Assembly (NCBI GenBank): GCA_965204375.1
Contig: OZ241986.1
Coordinates: 416,001 to 480,000, forward strand
From: Candidatus Latescibacterota bacterium
GTDB lineage: Bacteria; Latescibacterota; UBA2968
Length of the DNA: 64,000 nucleotides
Reading direction: 5' to 3'
In this document: positions 38,731 through 47,577 of the stretch, piece by piece
Layout of the letters: each line of letters starts with the position of its first letter
How positions within the stretch are numbered: the first letter of the stretch is position 1
Notes under the pieces: model-generated
The model's input: only the letters and a program-made list of their open reading frames with translations
Told to the model about the DNA's origin: nothing
The model's database searches: none
Program-made: the position numbers and the translations under genes

Positions 38731-40260
38731 ATGACTTCAATTGTTCGCAAATCCATTGTCGCCCTGCTGTTATTGCTTCCCTGTCCCATTCTCGCAGATG
38801 TTTCTCTGCCCGCGATTTTTTCAGATAATATGGTGTTGCAGCGGCAAATTGCAATATCCGTGTGGGGAAATGCCAGTGCCAATGAAGAGATTACCATTGA
38901 GTTAGATGCCCAGCGCATGATGACCACAGCAGATGCAGGGGGTACATGGCAGATTCACCTGAGTCCTATGGAAGCGGGAGGCCCGTATCAGCTCACCGTG
39001 CGCGGCAAGAATGTCATCACTTTTAACAATGTGATGGTGGGGGAGGTCTGGGTTTGCTCGGGGCAATCCAATATGGCCTGGGCTGTCAGGCGTTCTCAAA
39101 ATGCGGAGGAGGAAATCAAAGCGGCGGATTATCCCAATATCAGGCTTTTTACGGTGAAACGCAGTGCCGCTCAAAGGCCCGCGCAAGATGTTGAGGGCGC
39201 CTGGAGTGTATGCGATACGAGTAGTGTCGGCAATTTTTCTGCGGTGGCCTATTATTTTGGACGCCGTTTGCACAAGACTTTAAATGTGCCTATTGGTCTT
39301 ATCAATACATCCTGGGGAGGCACACCGGCTGAGGCCTGGACGTCATTGCCCGCGCTTCAAACCATACCGGAGTATGCGCCGCTGGGCAAACGCTGGGCAG
39401 AACACATCGCCGCTTATCCAGAAGCACAGGAGAGATTTCAGGCCAGACTCGCAGTATGGCGTGCAAATACCGATAGCTTGCGCGCTTTGGGGCAACGCCG
39501 CCCGCGAGCACCGCGCGGTCCAAATCATCCCCATCGCCCTTCTGTGCTCTATAATGGGATGATCGCGCCTATCGTTTCTTATGGTGTTCGAGGTGCGATC
39601 TGGTATCAGGGGGAATCAAATGCTGGTCGCGCGTATCAATATCGCGCGTTGTTTCCGGCGATGATTCAGAACTGGCGGTCGAGTTGGGGGCAGGGCGCAT
39701 TTCCGTTTTTCTTTGTACAGCTTGCCAATTTTAGACAGGTAGTGGAAAATCCAGAGGAAAGTGCCTGGGCTGAATTGCGCGAGGCGCAATTGATGGCACT
39801 TTCATTGCCGAATACCGGTATGGCTGTGGCGATTGATATTGGAGAGGCAGACGATATTCACCCGAAGAATAAACAGGATGTCGGATTGCGTCTGGCTCTG
39901 GGTGCAGAAGCTATGGTCTATGATATGGATCAACCGCATTCTGGTCCCATTTATCGGTCTATGGCTGTTGAAGAAGACAAAATTCGTCTGCGATTTGATC
40001 ACGCGTATGGTGGCTTAAAAGCCAAAGGTGATATGCTCAAGGGTTTTGCGATCGCCGGGCAAGATCGCAAATTCGTTTGGGCAGAAGCAAAGATTGATGG
40101 CGACGATGTGCTGGTCTGGAGCAACGATGTGCAGCAACCCGTTGCTGTCCGATACGCCTGGGCAGACAATCCGATTTGCAATTTGTACAATGGGGCAGGT
40201 TTGCCGGCATCGCCATTTCGCACGGATGACTGGCGCGGTATCACTGCCGACCGACAGTAA
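38731..40260 (+). CDS. Sialate O-acetylesterase
   Basis: 'FSDNMVLQR', 'GEVWVCSGQSNM', 'WYQGESN', 'DIHPKNK', 'LPASPFRTD'. Confidence 0.93.
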   Translation: MTSIVRKSIVALLLLLPCPILADVSLPAIFSDNMVLQRQIAISVWGNASANEEITIELDAQRMMTTADAGGTWQIHLSPMEAGGPYQLTVRGKNVITFNNVMVGEVWVCSGQSNMAWAVRRSQNAEEEIKAADYPNIRLFTVKRSAAQRPAQDVEGAWSVCDTSSVGNFSAVAYYFGRRLHKTLNVPIGLINTSWGGTPAEAWTSLPALQTIPEYAPLGKRWAEHIAAYPEAQERFQARLAVWRANTDSLRALGQRRPRAPRGPNHPHRPSVLYNGMIAPIVSYGVRGAIWYQGESNAGRAYQYRALFPAMIQNWRSSWGQGAFPFFFVQLANFRQVVENPEESAWAELREAQLMALSLPNTGMAVAIDIGEADDIHPKNKQDVGLRLALGAEAMVYDMDQPHSGPIYRSMAVEEDKIRLRFDHAYGGLKAKGDMLKGFAIAGQDRKFVWAEAKIDGDDVLVWSNDVQQPVAVRYAWADNPICNLYNGAGLPASPFRTDDWRGITADRQ

Positions 40261-40284
40261 GTCCCACCTCTACAGGAGGTAGAA

Positions 40285-41310
40285 ATGAAAGCAGCACTTT
40301 ACAAAGGTATCCGCGAAATCGAATGGCAAGATGTTGAATACGCGCCCCCGGCACCGGGTTATATTACACTGCAGACGAGAAGTTCTGGCATCTGTGGTAG
40401 TGATCTGCACAATTATTTTGGCGAGTGGAAACCCTCACTCGAACGCGCCGCGGGGCACGAGTTGTGTGGCACGGTTGCCGAAGTTGGCGAGGGCGTGACA
40501 GGTATCGAGGTAGGGGATCTGGTTACTGCCGAATGTTTTTCGCATTGCGGTACATGTCATTACTGCGTTACAGGTCGCTACAATCACTGTGCCAATCGCA
40601 AGTGGTTTTCGGGCGAATCGCACGGTGGTTTTGCCGAATACACAACCGCACACAAAAATAGTGTCTTCAAATTGCCAGATATGACTTTTGAACAGGGTGC
40701 GCTTGTAGAACCCCTCGCTGTGGCGCATCGCGCACTCGCGCAGGCAAAGGCGTCTTACCAGGATCGGGTCGCTGTGATCGGTGGGGGAACAATTGGTCAA
40801 CTTTGCCTGGCGGTTGCCAAAGCTATTGGTGTGCGCGAAACGCTTATCACCACCAAATATCCGCAGCAGGCCGATCTCGCGCGCGACCTCGGTGCGGATC
40901 ACGTCGTCGATATCACGACGACCGATGTGAAGGATGTGGTTGAAGATCTTACCGATGGCATGGGGTATGACGCCGTTATCGAAACTGTAGGTACCGCGCA
41001 GAACTTTGATGATTCCATCGCCATATCGCGCCGCCATGCCATGATCGTTCTCGTGGCCGGTTATTTCAAGCCCCTCGAGGTTGACTTGCGCTCAATTGTC
41101 TGGTCCGAAGTCAATATCACAGGCTCTAATTGCTACGGTTTCAGCGGCATGCGTACCGATTTTGATGTCGCGATTGATCTCATTACTTCTGGGCGTGTGC
41201 AAGCTACGAAACTCGTCACCCACCGCTATCCCTTTTCCGATATCGCCGAAGCTTTTCACACCGCCGCTGATAAAGAATCCGGCTGTGTCAAAGTTCATCT
41301 CGTGAAATAA
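40285..41310 (+). CDS. Zinc-dependent alcohol dehydrogenase
   Basis: 'GICGSDLH', 'GHE', structural-Zn 'CGTCHYC...C', 'GGGTIG'. Confidence 0.92.
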   Translation: MKAALYKGIREIEWQDVEYAPPAPGYITLQTRSSGICGSDLHNYFGEWKPSLERAAGHELCGTVAEVGEGVTGIEVGDLVTAECFSHCGTCHYCVTGRYNHCANRKWFSGESHGGFAEYTTAHKNSVFKLPDMTFEQGALVEPLAVAHRALAQAKASYQDRVAVIGGGTIGQLCLAVAKAIGVRETLITTKYPQQADLARDLGADHVVDITTTDVKDVVEDLTDGMGYDAVIETVGTAQNFDDSIAISRRHAMIVLVAGYFKPLEVDLRSIVWSEVNITGSNCYGFSGMRTDFDVAIDLITSGRVQATKLVTHRYPFSDIAEAFHTAADKESGCVKVHLVK

Positions 41311-41322
41311 AAGGCAGGTTCC

Positions 41323-42525
41323 ATGGGCATTCGTCTCGGCATAGTTGGTGTGGGGGCATTTGCGCAGGGTTTTATCCCTCTGTTCAATGCACATCCAGAT
41401 GTGGATCAGGTCGTTCTGTGCGATCTGGATGAGGAAAAACGCCAGAGTAATGCCGAAAAACACGGAATTATTCAGACTTCGCCGTCTCTCGATGATCTGT
41501 GTGATACCGATGTTGATGCTATCGCGCTTTTTACCCAGAATTGGTTGCACGGGCCGCAGGCAGCGCAAGCACTTCACGCGGGTAAACACGTCTATTCAGC
41601 CGTGCCACCGGGCATAGCTCTTGACGAACTTCGCGCTATTGCCGAAGCTGTCCGCGAGACGGGTAATATCTATATGCTGGGTGAAACGAGTTACTACTAT
41701 CCGGCAGTTATCTACTGTCGGCAGCGATTTCGCGAAGGCGCGTTTGGCGATGTTGTGTACGCCGAAGCTGAATATTATCACGACTGGGATCACGGTCTGT
41801 ACGCTGTTGCAAAGTGGCGTGGAGGGAAAAATTGGCGCGAAACCGCTGGCAAACCCCCTATGTTTTATCCCACCCATTCGACGAGTCAGATTCTCTCTAT
41901 CACGGGCACGCGTATGACCCACGTTTCATGCCATGGCTTTACAGATCGCCACGAGGATGGAATCTACGCATCAAATAAGTGGAATAATCCGTTCAGCAAT
42001 GAATCTGCGCTGTTCAAGCTGTCTGATGGCAGTACCGCGCGCATCAATGAATTTCGCCGTGTTGGACATCCGGGTACGGTGCGTATGACTATGTTTGGCA
42101 CACAGGGCAGCTTTGAACACAATGCCTCGGGTGCGGTCTGGCTCACAAAAGACCGATTTGAACGCGAATCTCTCGACGCGCAACTCACCTGCCGCGTAGC
42201 GGCAAGGCGCGTTGAGGGCGATATGGACAAGGTTACCGCAGACGATGGGACGCATCACTCTGTTGCTCCCGTTCATCCCGTTCACCGCTTGCCCGATGCA
42301 TTCAGAGGTTTGCCGAATGGTCACAATGGGTCACACCAGTTTCTCGTTGACGATTTTGTTCGCGCCTGTGTCTCGGACAAGACCCCGCCGAATAATATTT
42401 ACGAAGCTGCGCGCTACTTGATCCCCGGCCTCATTGCCCACGAATCAGCCCTCAAAGGCGGTGAATTGCTCGAGATTCCCGATTTGGGCGATCCGCCCAC
42501 GGATAATCGATTGGAGATTGCCTGA
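41323..42525 (+). CDS. Gfo/Idh/MocA oxidoreductase
   Basis: 'GIVGVG', 'KHVYSAVP', 'YPTHS'. Confidence 0.88.
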   Translation: MGIRLGIVGVGAFAQGFIPLFNAHPDVDQVVLCDLDEEKRQSNAEKHGIIQTSPSLDDLCDTDVDAIALFTQNWLHGPQAAQALHAGKHVYSAVPPGIALDELRAIAEAVRETGNIYMLGETSYYYPAVIYCRQRFREGAFGDVVYAEAEYYHDWDHGLYAVAKWRGGKNWRETAGKPPMFYPTHSTSQILSITGTRMTHVSCHGFTDRHEDGIYASNKWNNPFSNESALFKLSDGSTARINEFRRVGHPGTVRMTMFGTQGSFEHNASGAVWLTKDRFERESLDAQLTCRVAARRVEGDMDKVTADDGTHHSVAPVHPVHRLPDAFRGLPNGHNGSHQFLVDDFVRACVSDKTPPNNIYEAARYLIPGLIAHESALKGGELLEIPDLGDPPTDNRLEIA

Positions 42526-42574
42526 CCTGTATGTGCTCTCCCCACAAAATTGGCTTTTAACAAGGGAGTTGACT

Positions 42575-43312
42575 ATGTCTTATTTTTCCAACGAAGAAAA
42601 AGCCTTTTTTAAAAAAAATGGCTACGTTGTCAAACCCGACCTGATTGCACCAGAGCTACTCAAAAATGCGCGGGATGCCGTGTGGGAATATATCGAGGCC
42701 GATCGCGATGATCCTCAGACATGGATCAACGCGGGGCCAAAGGGCAATCTGCCGTGTAGCGACCATCCCGCAGTCGCGGCTATGAGGACAGATACACCGC
42801 TTTACGATATGGCTGAAGAACTCGCGGGCAAGGGGCGTCTTCGTACGCCAGGCAATGGGCTGTGTAAGATGATCTATCCTTGTGGTCATACAGATTGGCA
42901 GCCTCCGCGAGGGCATCTGGATGGGTATCTTATCGAAGGCGTGGCGGATACTTTTACCGTTGCCGTTACTATTAATATCAGCGATGTTTTGCCCCAGGGG
43001 GGCGGTTTTACCACATGGGCGGGGGCACACCTCAAGGTCGCCAGATATTTCCAGGCGCATGCTCTGACTAATTTGAGTGGTCTCAAAGTGCCCGGCTTTT
43101 TGCATCCCGATACGCGCTATGAACACGCCGCACCTGCGGGAACGGTTTGTTTTTGGCACCACTATATGTTGCATACAGCCAGCATGAATTGTCGGACAGA
43201 TATTCGCATGGCGCTTGTCAATCGCTTTGCTTTCAAAAACCTGAGTGATATCCTGTTTGACTTGCCCTTCGATTTGTGGAATCACTGGGAAGGCTTGCGC
43301 GATATCAACTGA
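42575..43312 (+). CDS. Phytanoyl-CoA dioxygenase (PhyH) family protein
   Basis: 'FFKKNGYVV', HxD 'GHLDG', 'GTVCFWHHYMLHTASMN...R'. Confidence 0.85.
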   Translation: MSYFSNEEKAFFKKNGYVVKPDLIAPELLKNARDAVWEYIEADRDDPQTWINAGPKGNLPCSDHPAVAAMRTDTPLYDMAEELAGKGRLRTPGNGLCKMIYPCGHTDWQPPRGHLDGYLIEGVADTFTVAVTINISDVLPQGGGFTTWAGAHLKVARYFQAHALTNLSGLKVPGFLHPDTRYEHAAPAGTVCFWHHYMLHTASMNCRTDIRMALVNRFAFKNLSDILFDLPFDLWNHWEGLRDIN

Positions 43313-43325
43313 AAGGACGCTGTTT

Positions 43326-44297
43326 ATGGCACGAATGAAACGACTTGAAAAGCTCGACGGCTTCGCCAATGTGCAGATGGTCGAAGTCGAACAGCCAGAA
43401 CCCGGTCCCGATCAGATGCTGATCGAGGTCAAGCGCAGCCTGATCAGCAGGGGGTCGGAGCTATTTTGGCGATACGTCCGGGAAGAGGCGGTAAGTCCCG
43501 AAATGATGGGGTATTCCGACGCGGGTGAGGTCGTGGGGGTGGGGGCCAATATCCAGGGCTTCGCAGTTGGAGAGCGTGTCATGGCGAACACTCCGCACGC
43601 TCAGTACGTCATCGCGGGCGAAACCGATAGAACTCGGCAGGCCTTTCCCCTTCCGGACGAACTCAGCTATGAGACCGCGACCTTTCTCCCACTCGCGACC
43701 AGTTCTGTGATGTGGATGCGCACTTCGCCAATAGAACCTGGGCAGACCGTTGTCGTGCTCGGTCAGGGGATCGTCGGTGCCCTATGCGCGCAGATCGTCT
43801 GGGAACGCGATCCCGGGTGTGTGATCGTCGTCGATGCACAGCCTCTCCGATGCGATATCGCGCGGAAACTGGGGCACGAAAATGTAATCAATGTCTCCCA
43901 GACCGACTCCGTGGTAGCGGTGAAGGAACTCACAGATGGTAAGGGTGCCGATCTCGTCGTCGAGTGCGTCGGTGGCTACGCGGGCATCCAGTCCTTCGAA
44001 CAAGCTCAGAAGATGCTCGCACCCAGGGGAACAATTCACCTCATCGCGAAGTATCAAGGTGCGCCATTGCCCCTGGAAGGGGATGCCTTCATGAACAAGC
44101 AGATCATCGCGGGTATCCGCATCGATACACCCAGAGAGGTGTGTATGCGGGATGCAGCCCAGATGCTGATCGACGGACGGATCAAAGTCGCCGAACTGAT
44201 TACCCACAGACTCCCCTGGGAACAAACTCCGGATGCGTATCACCTGCTCTATCACAAGCCGGACGAAGCACTCGGCGTCATTCTTGAGTGGGATTGA
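43326..44297 (+). CDS. MDR / zinc-binding dehydrogenase family
   Basis: 'ISRGSE', 'GYSDAG', 'GQGIVG', 'LITHR'. Confidence 0.85.
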   Translation: MARMKRLEKLDGFANVQMVEVEQPEPGPDQMLIEVKRSLISRGSELFWRYVREEAVSPEMMGYSDAGEVVGVGANIQGFAVGERVMANTPHAQYVIAGETDRTRQAFPLPDELSYETATFLPLATSSVMWMRTSPIEPGQTVVVLGQGIVGALCAQIVWERDPGCVIVVDAQPLRCDIARKLGHENVINVSQTDSVVAVKELTDGKGADLVVECVGGYAGIQSFEQAQKMLAPRGTIHLIAKYQGAPLPLEGDAFMNKQIIAGIRIDTPREVCMRDAAQMLIDGRIKVAELITHRLPWEQTPDAYHLLYHKPDEALGVILEWD

Positions 44298-44320
44298 TTG
44301 GAATCAGGAGATGAGACGCT

Positions 44321-45508
44321 ATGAAGAAACTTCGACTGGCTGTTGTGGGGTGTGGTGCTTATGAAAGTTCCCGCGCCCGCGGATATATCGCGACGATGGT
44401 CAAGCTGACCGATCTCTATGATTTGTGCGCGATCTGCGATCACAGCGAGCAGTCGCTACGGGTTGTTGGCGAGCGTTTTGGCGTTGACGCGCGATATACC
44501 GATTTTGAAGCGATGCTCGATGGGGAAAAGCCAGATGTGGTTTTTATACTCGTTCCTACCGATGGTCAGGCGGTCATGGCTTTGACGGCTGTTGAGCGCG
44601 GTTGTCATATTATCACGGAGATTCCGTATGCCCACACGCTGGCAATTGGCGATGCAATCGATCAGGCATGCAGGGATAGAGGGGTGGTCTGGGAGGTCGC
44701 TGAAAATGTCTGGCTCTGGCCCCAGGAACAATTAAAGCAAAAGATCGTTAGAGAAGGATTGCTTGGAAAACTGACACATGCGCGTTTGTGGTACACTTCT
44801 GGAAGCTATCACGGGATCAACGGGGTCAGGATGATTCTCGACAAGGCCGCGACCCGTGCTCTGGGCTATGCACAATCGGTGGAGGTGTTGCCATATAGCA
44901 ATTATGGTGGGGTGCAGGAAACGACCCGTTGGTGGGAGAGTGCTGTTGTCGAGTTCGAAGATGACATTGTTTGTTTATACGAAATGTCGCCAGCCGGTGC
45001 GCGGGGGAACTGTTGGGATATCGAAGGGGTGGAGGGGCATCTTTCGGGGAATGAGCTGGTGCTTTATGGAGGCGATTCCTACCCAATTCGGGAGACATTC
45101 GAGGAGATTGACGGAGAGCAAATTCTTTCGTCTGTTTGCGTGGATACTGATCCACCGGTTGTCTGGGAGAATCCATTCAAGTACCAGAAGGTCTCCCATG
45201 CGGACGATGTGGCAAAAGCCGCGATTCTCAATAGCCTTCACAGAGCTGTGACAGAGGGGGCAGAGCCGCAATACAGTCCAGCCAATGCCCGCAGGGATCT
45301 GGAGATCTGGATTGCGATTCGCGAGAGTGCGAATAGGGGAAGTGTCTGGGTCGATCTTCCGCTGACTGAAGAGACAGATCTCGAGCGGCACTTTGAAGCC
45401 GAATATATTCGTCAGTACGGCGGCCATCCCGTTACAGACCGCAAGCGTCTGTTAAATGCCCCTTTCCAGCGCCTCAGTCCGCTGTGGACCGTGGCTGGTT
45501 GGTTGTGA
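44321..45508 (+). CDS. Gfo/Idh/MocA oxidoreductase
   Basis: 'AVVGCG', 'HIITEIP'. Confidence 0.85.
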   Translation: MKKLRLAVVGCGAYESSRARGYIATMVKLTDLYDLCAICDHSEQSLRVVGERFGVDARYTDFEAMLDGEKPDVVFILVPTDGQAVMALTAVERGCHIITEIPYAHTLAIGDAIDQACRDRGVVWEVAENVWLWPQEQLKQKIVREGLLGKLTHARLWYTSGSYHGINGVRMILDKAATRALGYAQSVEVLPYSNYGGVQETTRWWESAVVEFEDDIVCLYEMSPAGARGNCWDIEGVEGHLSGNELVLYGGDSYPIRETFEEIDGEQILSSVCVDTDPPVVWENPFKYQKVSHADDVAKAAILNSLHRAVTEGAEPQYSPANARRDLEIWIAIRESANRGSVWVDLPLTEETDLERHFEAEYIRQYGGHPVTDRKRLLNAPFQRLSPLWTVAGWL

Positions 45509-45536
45509 TATGAATTACTCAGATTGGAGAGATAAG

Positions 45537-46202
45537 ATGCGTTTTTTAACGGTCCTTTTGTCGATGATTATTGTTTCAGCTCAAATCGTTCAGGCGCAAC
45601 CGGCAGATGTAAAAAGTCATGTTGCAGTGCTTAAAGGCAAGACGTTCTGGATCAAAATCGATTTTGTAGAGGTGAATGACGGGATTCGAGGTATTGATGC
45701 GGCAAATGTTCTGGAGAATGGCGAGGTTTCATACCGCGCTACAATAGGCGGTTTTCGCCAGTCCCAATCTCAGTCAGCAGAGGATTTTGCCGAAGAGGTC
45801 CGGAATATCATTATAAGAGATGATCTTGCAGGGTGGAGTGTGCGGGTGATCCAAAGGGGCGCGAAAGTTCAAATCCGAAAAGCTGAGGCAAGGGAGAAAG
45901 AGGTCTATATTGAACTCGATAGACTGTCAGGTGCTCGCCATGCCGTTCGCCTCAAGGTCAATAGAGATAAGTACACGATTCCCGAGGTTGAACGTCTTTT
46001 CAATATCGCCTTTGCTGCGAGCGAAGCGGAATTAGAAGGTGCAGAAGATACCGTTTTGCTCAAAATGAATATGTCCATTGAAGAAGTGATCGCCCTGAAA
46101 GGCAAACCCAAAACGCGCGTTGTGCTCGGCTCCAAAACCGTTCTCACGTACGACGACTTGAAACTGATATTCAAAGATGGGAAATTGGTTGATGCGGAGT
46201 AA
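45537..46202 (+). CDS. Secreted hypothetical protein
   Basis: Signal peptide MRFLTVLL...QAQ; C-terminal 'MSIEEVIALKGKP...FKDGKLV' small domain. Confidence 0.7.
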   Translation: MRFLTVLLSMIIVSAQIVQAQPADVKSHVAVLKGKTFWIKIDFVEVNDGIRGIDAANVLENGEVSYRATIGGFRQSQSQSAEDFAEEVRNIIIRDDLAGWSVRVIQRGAKVQIRKAEAREKEVYIELDRLSGARHAVRLKVNRDKYTIPEVERLFNIAFAASEAELEGAEDTVLLKMNMSIEEVIALKGKPKTRVVLGSKTVLTYDDLKLIFKDGKLVDAE

Positions 46203-46281
46203 AGAGTGGAGTAGCATGTGAAAGCCCGAGATGGGTTCTAAAATTTCATGGCGATAGATGTCCGATGACAACAGATTATTT

Positions 46282-46307
46282 GAAACCCCGGTCTTCCGGG
46301 GTTTTTT
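46282..46307 (+). terminator. Intrinsic terminator
   Basis: gaaaccccgg-tctt-ccggggtttttt. Confidence 0.8.
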
Positions 46308-46352
46308 CATGCCTGATAGAGGGCGTATGAAATATCTCAGACCTATTTCATC

Positions 46353-46443
46353 TGATCTCATCACCTCTGCCTTTGTGTAAGCCACCAAACTCACCACCCA
46401 TCATTATCCCTTCTCAGACATCGCCGAAGCCCTCCGTACTGCG
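46353..46443 (+). pseudogene. Degenerate copy of the 3' end of the Zn-ADH at 40285-41310
   Basis: DLITSAFV*ATKLTTHHYPFSDIAEA versus DLITSGRVQATKLVTHRYPFSDIAEA; 61/78 nt identical to 41175-41252 by manual alignment. Confidence 0.8.
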
Positions 46444-46566
46444 GAAAAAAATTTAAGGACAGAAAACCCTTGACTTAAACCTTTGAGACCTTTATTTTAA
46501 TGTAGTGCATTGGGGTATTATTTTGGATATATTTTTTCCATATAATGTATATTTTGGAAAAAATTC

Positions 46567-46595
46567 TTGTGTTTTGAACAGAAAACTGCTATATT
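46567..46595 (+). promoter_or_regulatory. Putative sigma70 promoter of the island
   Basis: TTGTGT-17nt-TATATT. Confidence 0.4.
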
Positions 46596-46662
46596 TTTTG
46601 AAAATGGAGTGGCTCAGGCAAGTTAAGGCCAAAGACGTTGAGAGACAAATTTTCTTTTTCAA

Positions 46663-46695
46663 GCCAGGACTGCTGGTAAGAGCAGCAGTCCTGGC
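46663..46695. other. Perfect 13-bp hairpin without a U-tail
   Basis: gccaggactgctg-gtaagag-cagcagtcctggc. Confidence 0.8.
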
Positions 46696-46806
46696 GATCC
46701 GAAAGGAGGCATAAACCGTCAATTATACGACAGGCGACCTGAAGCCACAGAGCGAGTACAGGCACGTATCGTATATAACCAATACCATCCTGTCGGAGGA
46801 TCGAAC

Positions 46807-46968
46807 ATGGATATATTTAAAACGGCAGAAGAGCTGTACGACGATTATCGCTATCCCTATGGCGATAGCGATACGGCGTGGGAAAAAGCAAAAGATGACG
46901 CCGCGAAGATAGTCCAACGCCAGAGAAGAGACGAGGATCGACAAAGCGATTGGAATAGTCGCAAATAA
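46807..46968 (+). CDS. Small charged hypothetical protein (53 aa; below the ORF-track cutoff)
   Basis: GGAGG RBS; MDIFKTAEELYDDYRYPYGDSDTAWEKAKDDAAKIVQRQRRDEDRQSDWNSRK*. Confidence 0.55.
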   Translation: MDIFKTAEELYDDYRYPYGDSDTAWEKAKDDAAKIVQRQRRDEDRQSDWNSRK

Positions 46969-46984
46969 TATTGCCACTCTCACA

Positions 46985-47020
46985 ATAGCGAGAGCATATA
47001 ATAACTATAAGCTCTCGCTA
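46985..47020. terminator. Hairpin downstream of the small ORF
   Basis: atagcgagagc...gctctcgctat 11-bp stem. Confidence 0.5.
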
Positions 47021-47073
47021 TATTTATACCAAAAAATTAACCGATTCGCAACCAAGATTTTAGGAATAATGTT

Positions 47074-47322
47074 ATGAATCAGCCAGATTATATCATCAAA
47101 GATACGGATGTAGAAGTTGTCACACCTGAAGATGTAGAGCCATTTATTGTTCTTTCTGTAGAATGCGAGATAAATCCTCTTTCTCTACCAATAGTTGCAA
47201 CATTGTTTCCAGAACTAGTGGCTTCAGGAGACCAGGCGAAAATGTCATTGTCCCCCATCGGCGCTCATGATCTTGCCCAGAAGCTTCTGGCTGCGGTTGA
47301 GATGTTGAGCCAGCAGAAGTAA
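47074..47322 (+). CDS. Hypothetical protein (82 aa)
   Basis: AGGA RBS; acidic ORF with a C-terminal amphipathic helix. Confidence 0.55.
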   Translation: MNQPDYIIKDTDVEVVTPEDVEPFIVLSVECEINPLSLPIVATLFPELVASGDQAKMSLSPIGAHDLAQKLLAAVEMLSQQK

Positions 47323-47577
47323 ATTCAGTATCCATTTGATACCTCCGTATTTAGCAAGAAGCGATTAGGCATTGGTATGTAAGCCTTGTAAAGCAGGCAT
47401 GTTTAAGCGAATCATCAACGCGCTCCATAGCCTGCTTTTTCTTTTTATTCAGTCTGAATGTGCAACTGTTCTGGACTTGACCCGTTTCAGTGAGTACCTT
47501 ATCAATAGTTAGAAAGGAGACCTACTATGTCGCCGTCGCTGTTTCCGTACGCATAATGAATGAAGGAAGTGCAAGAC

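Noticed and set aside
46723-46983. 86-aa hydrophobic minus-strand ORF as a type I toxin
   Set aside because: No clear RBS, and the plus-strand 53-aa ORF with GGAGG is the better call. Not fully excluded.
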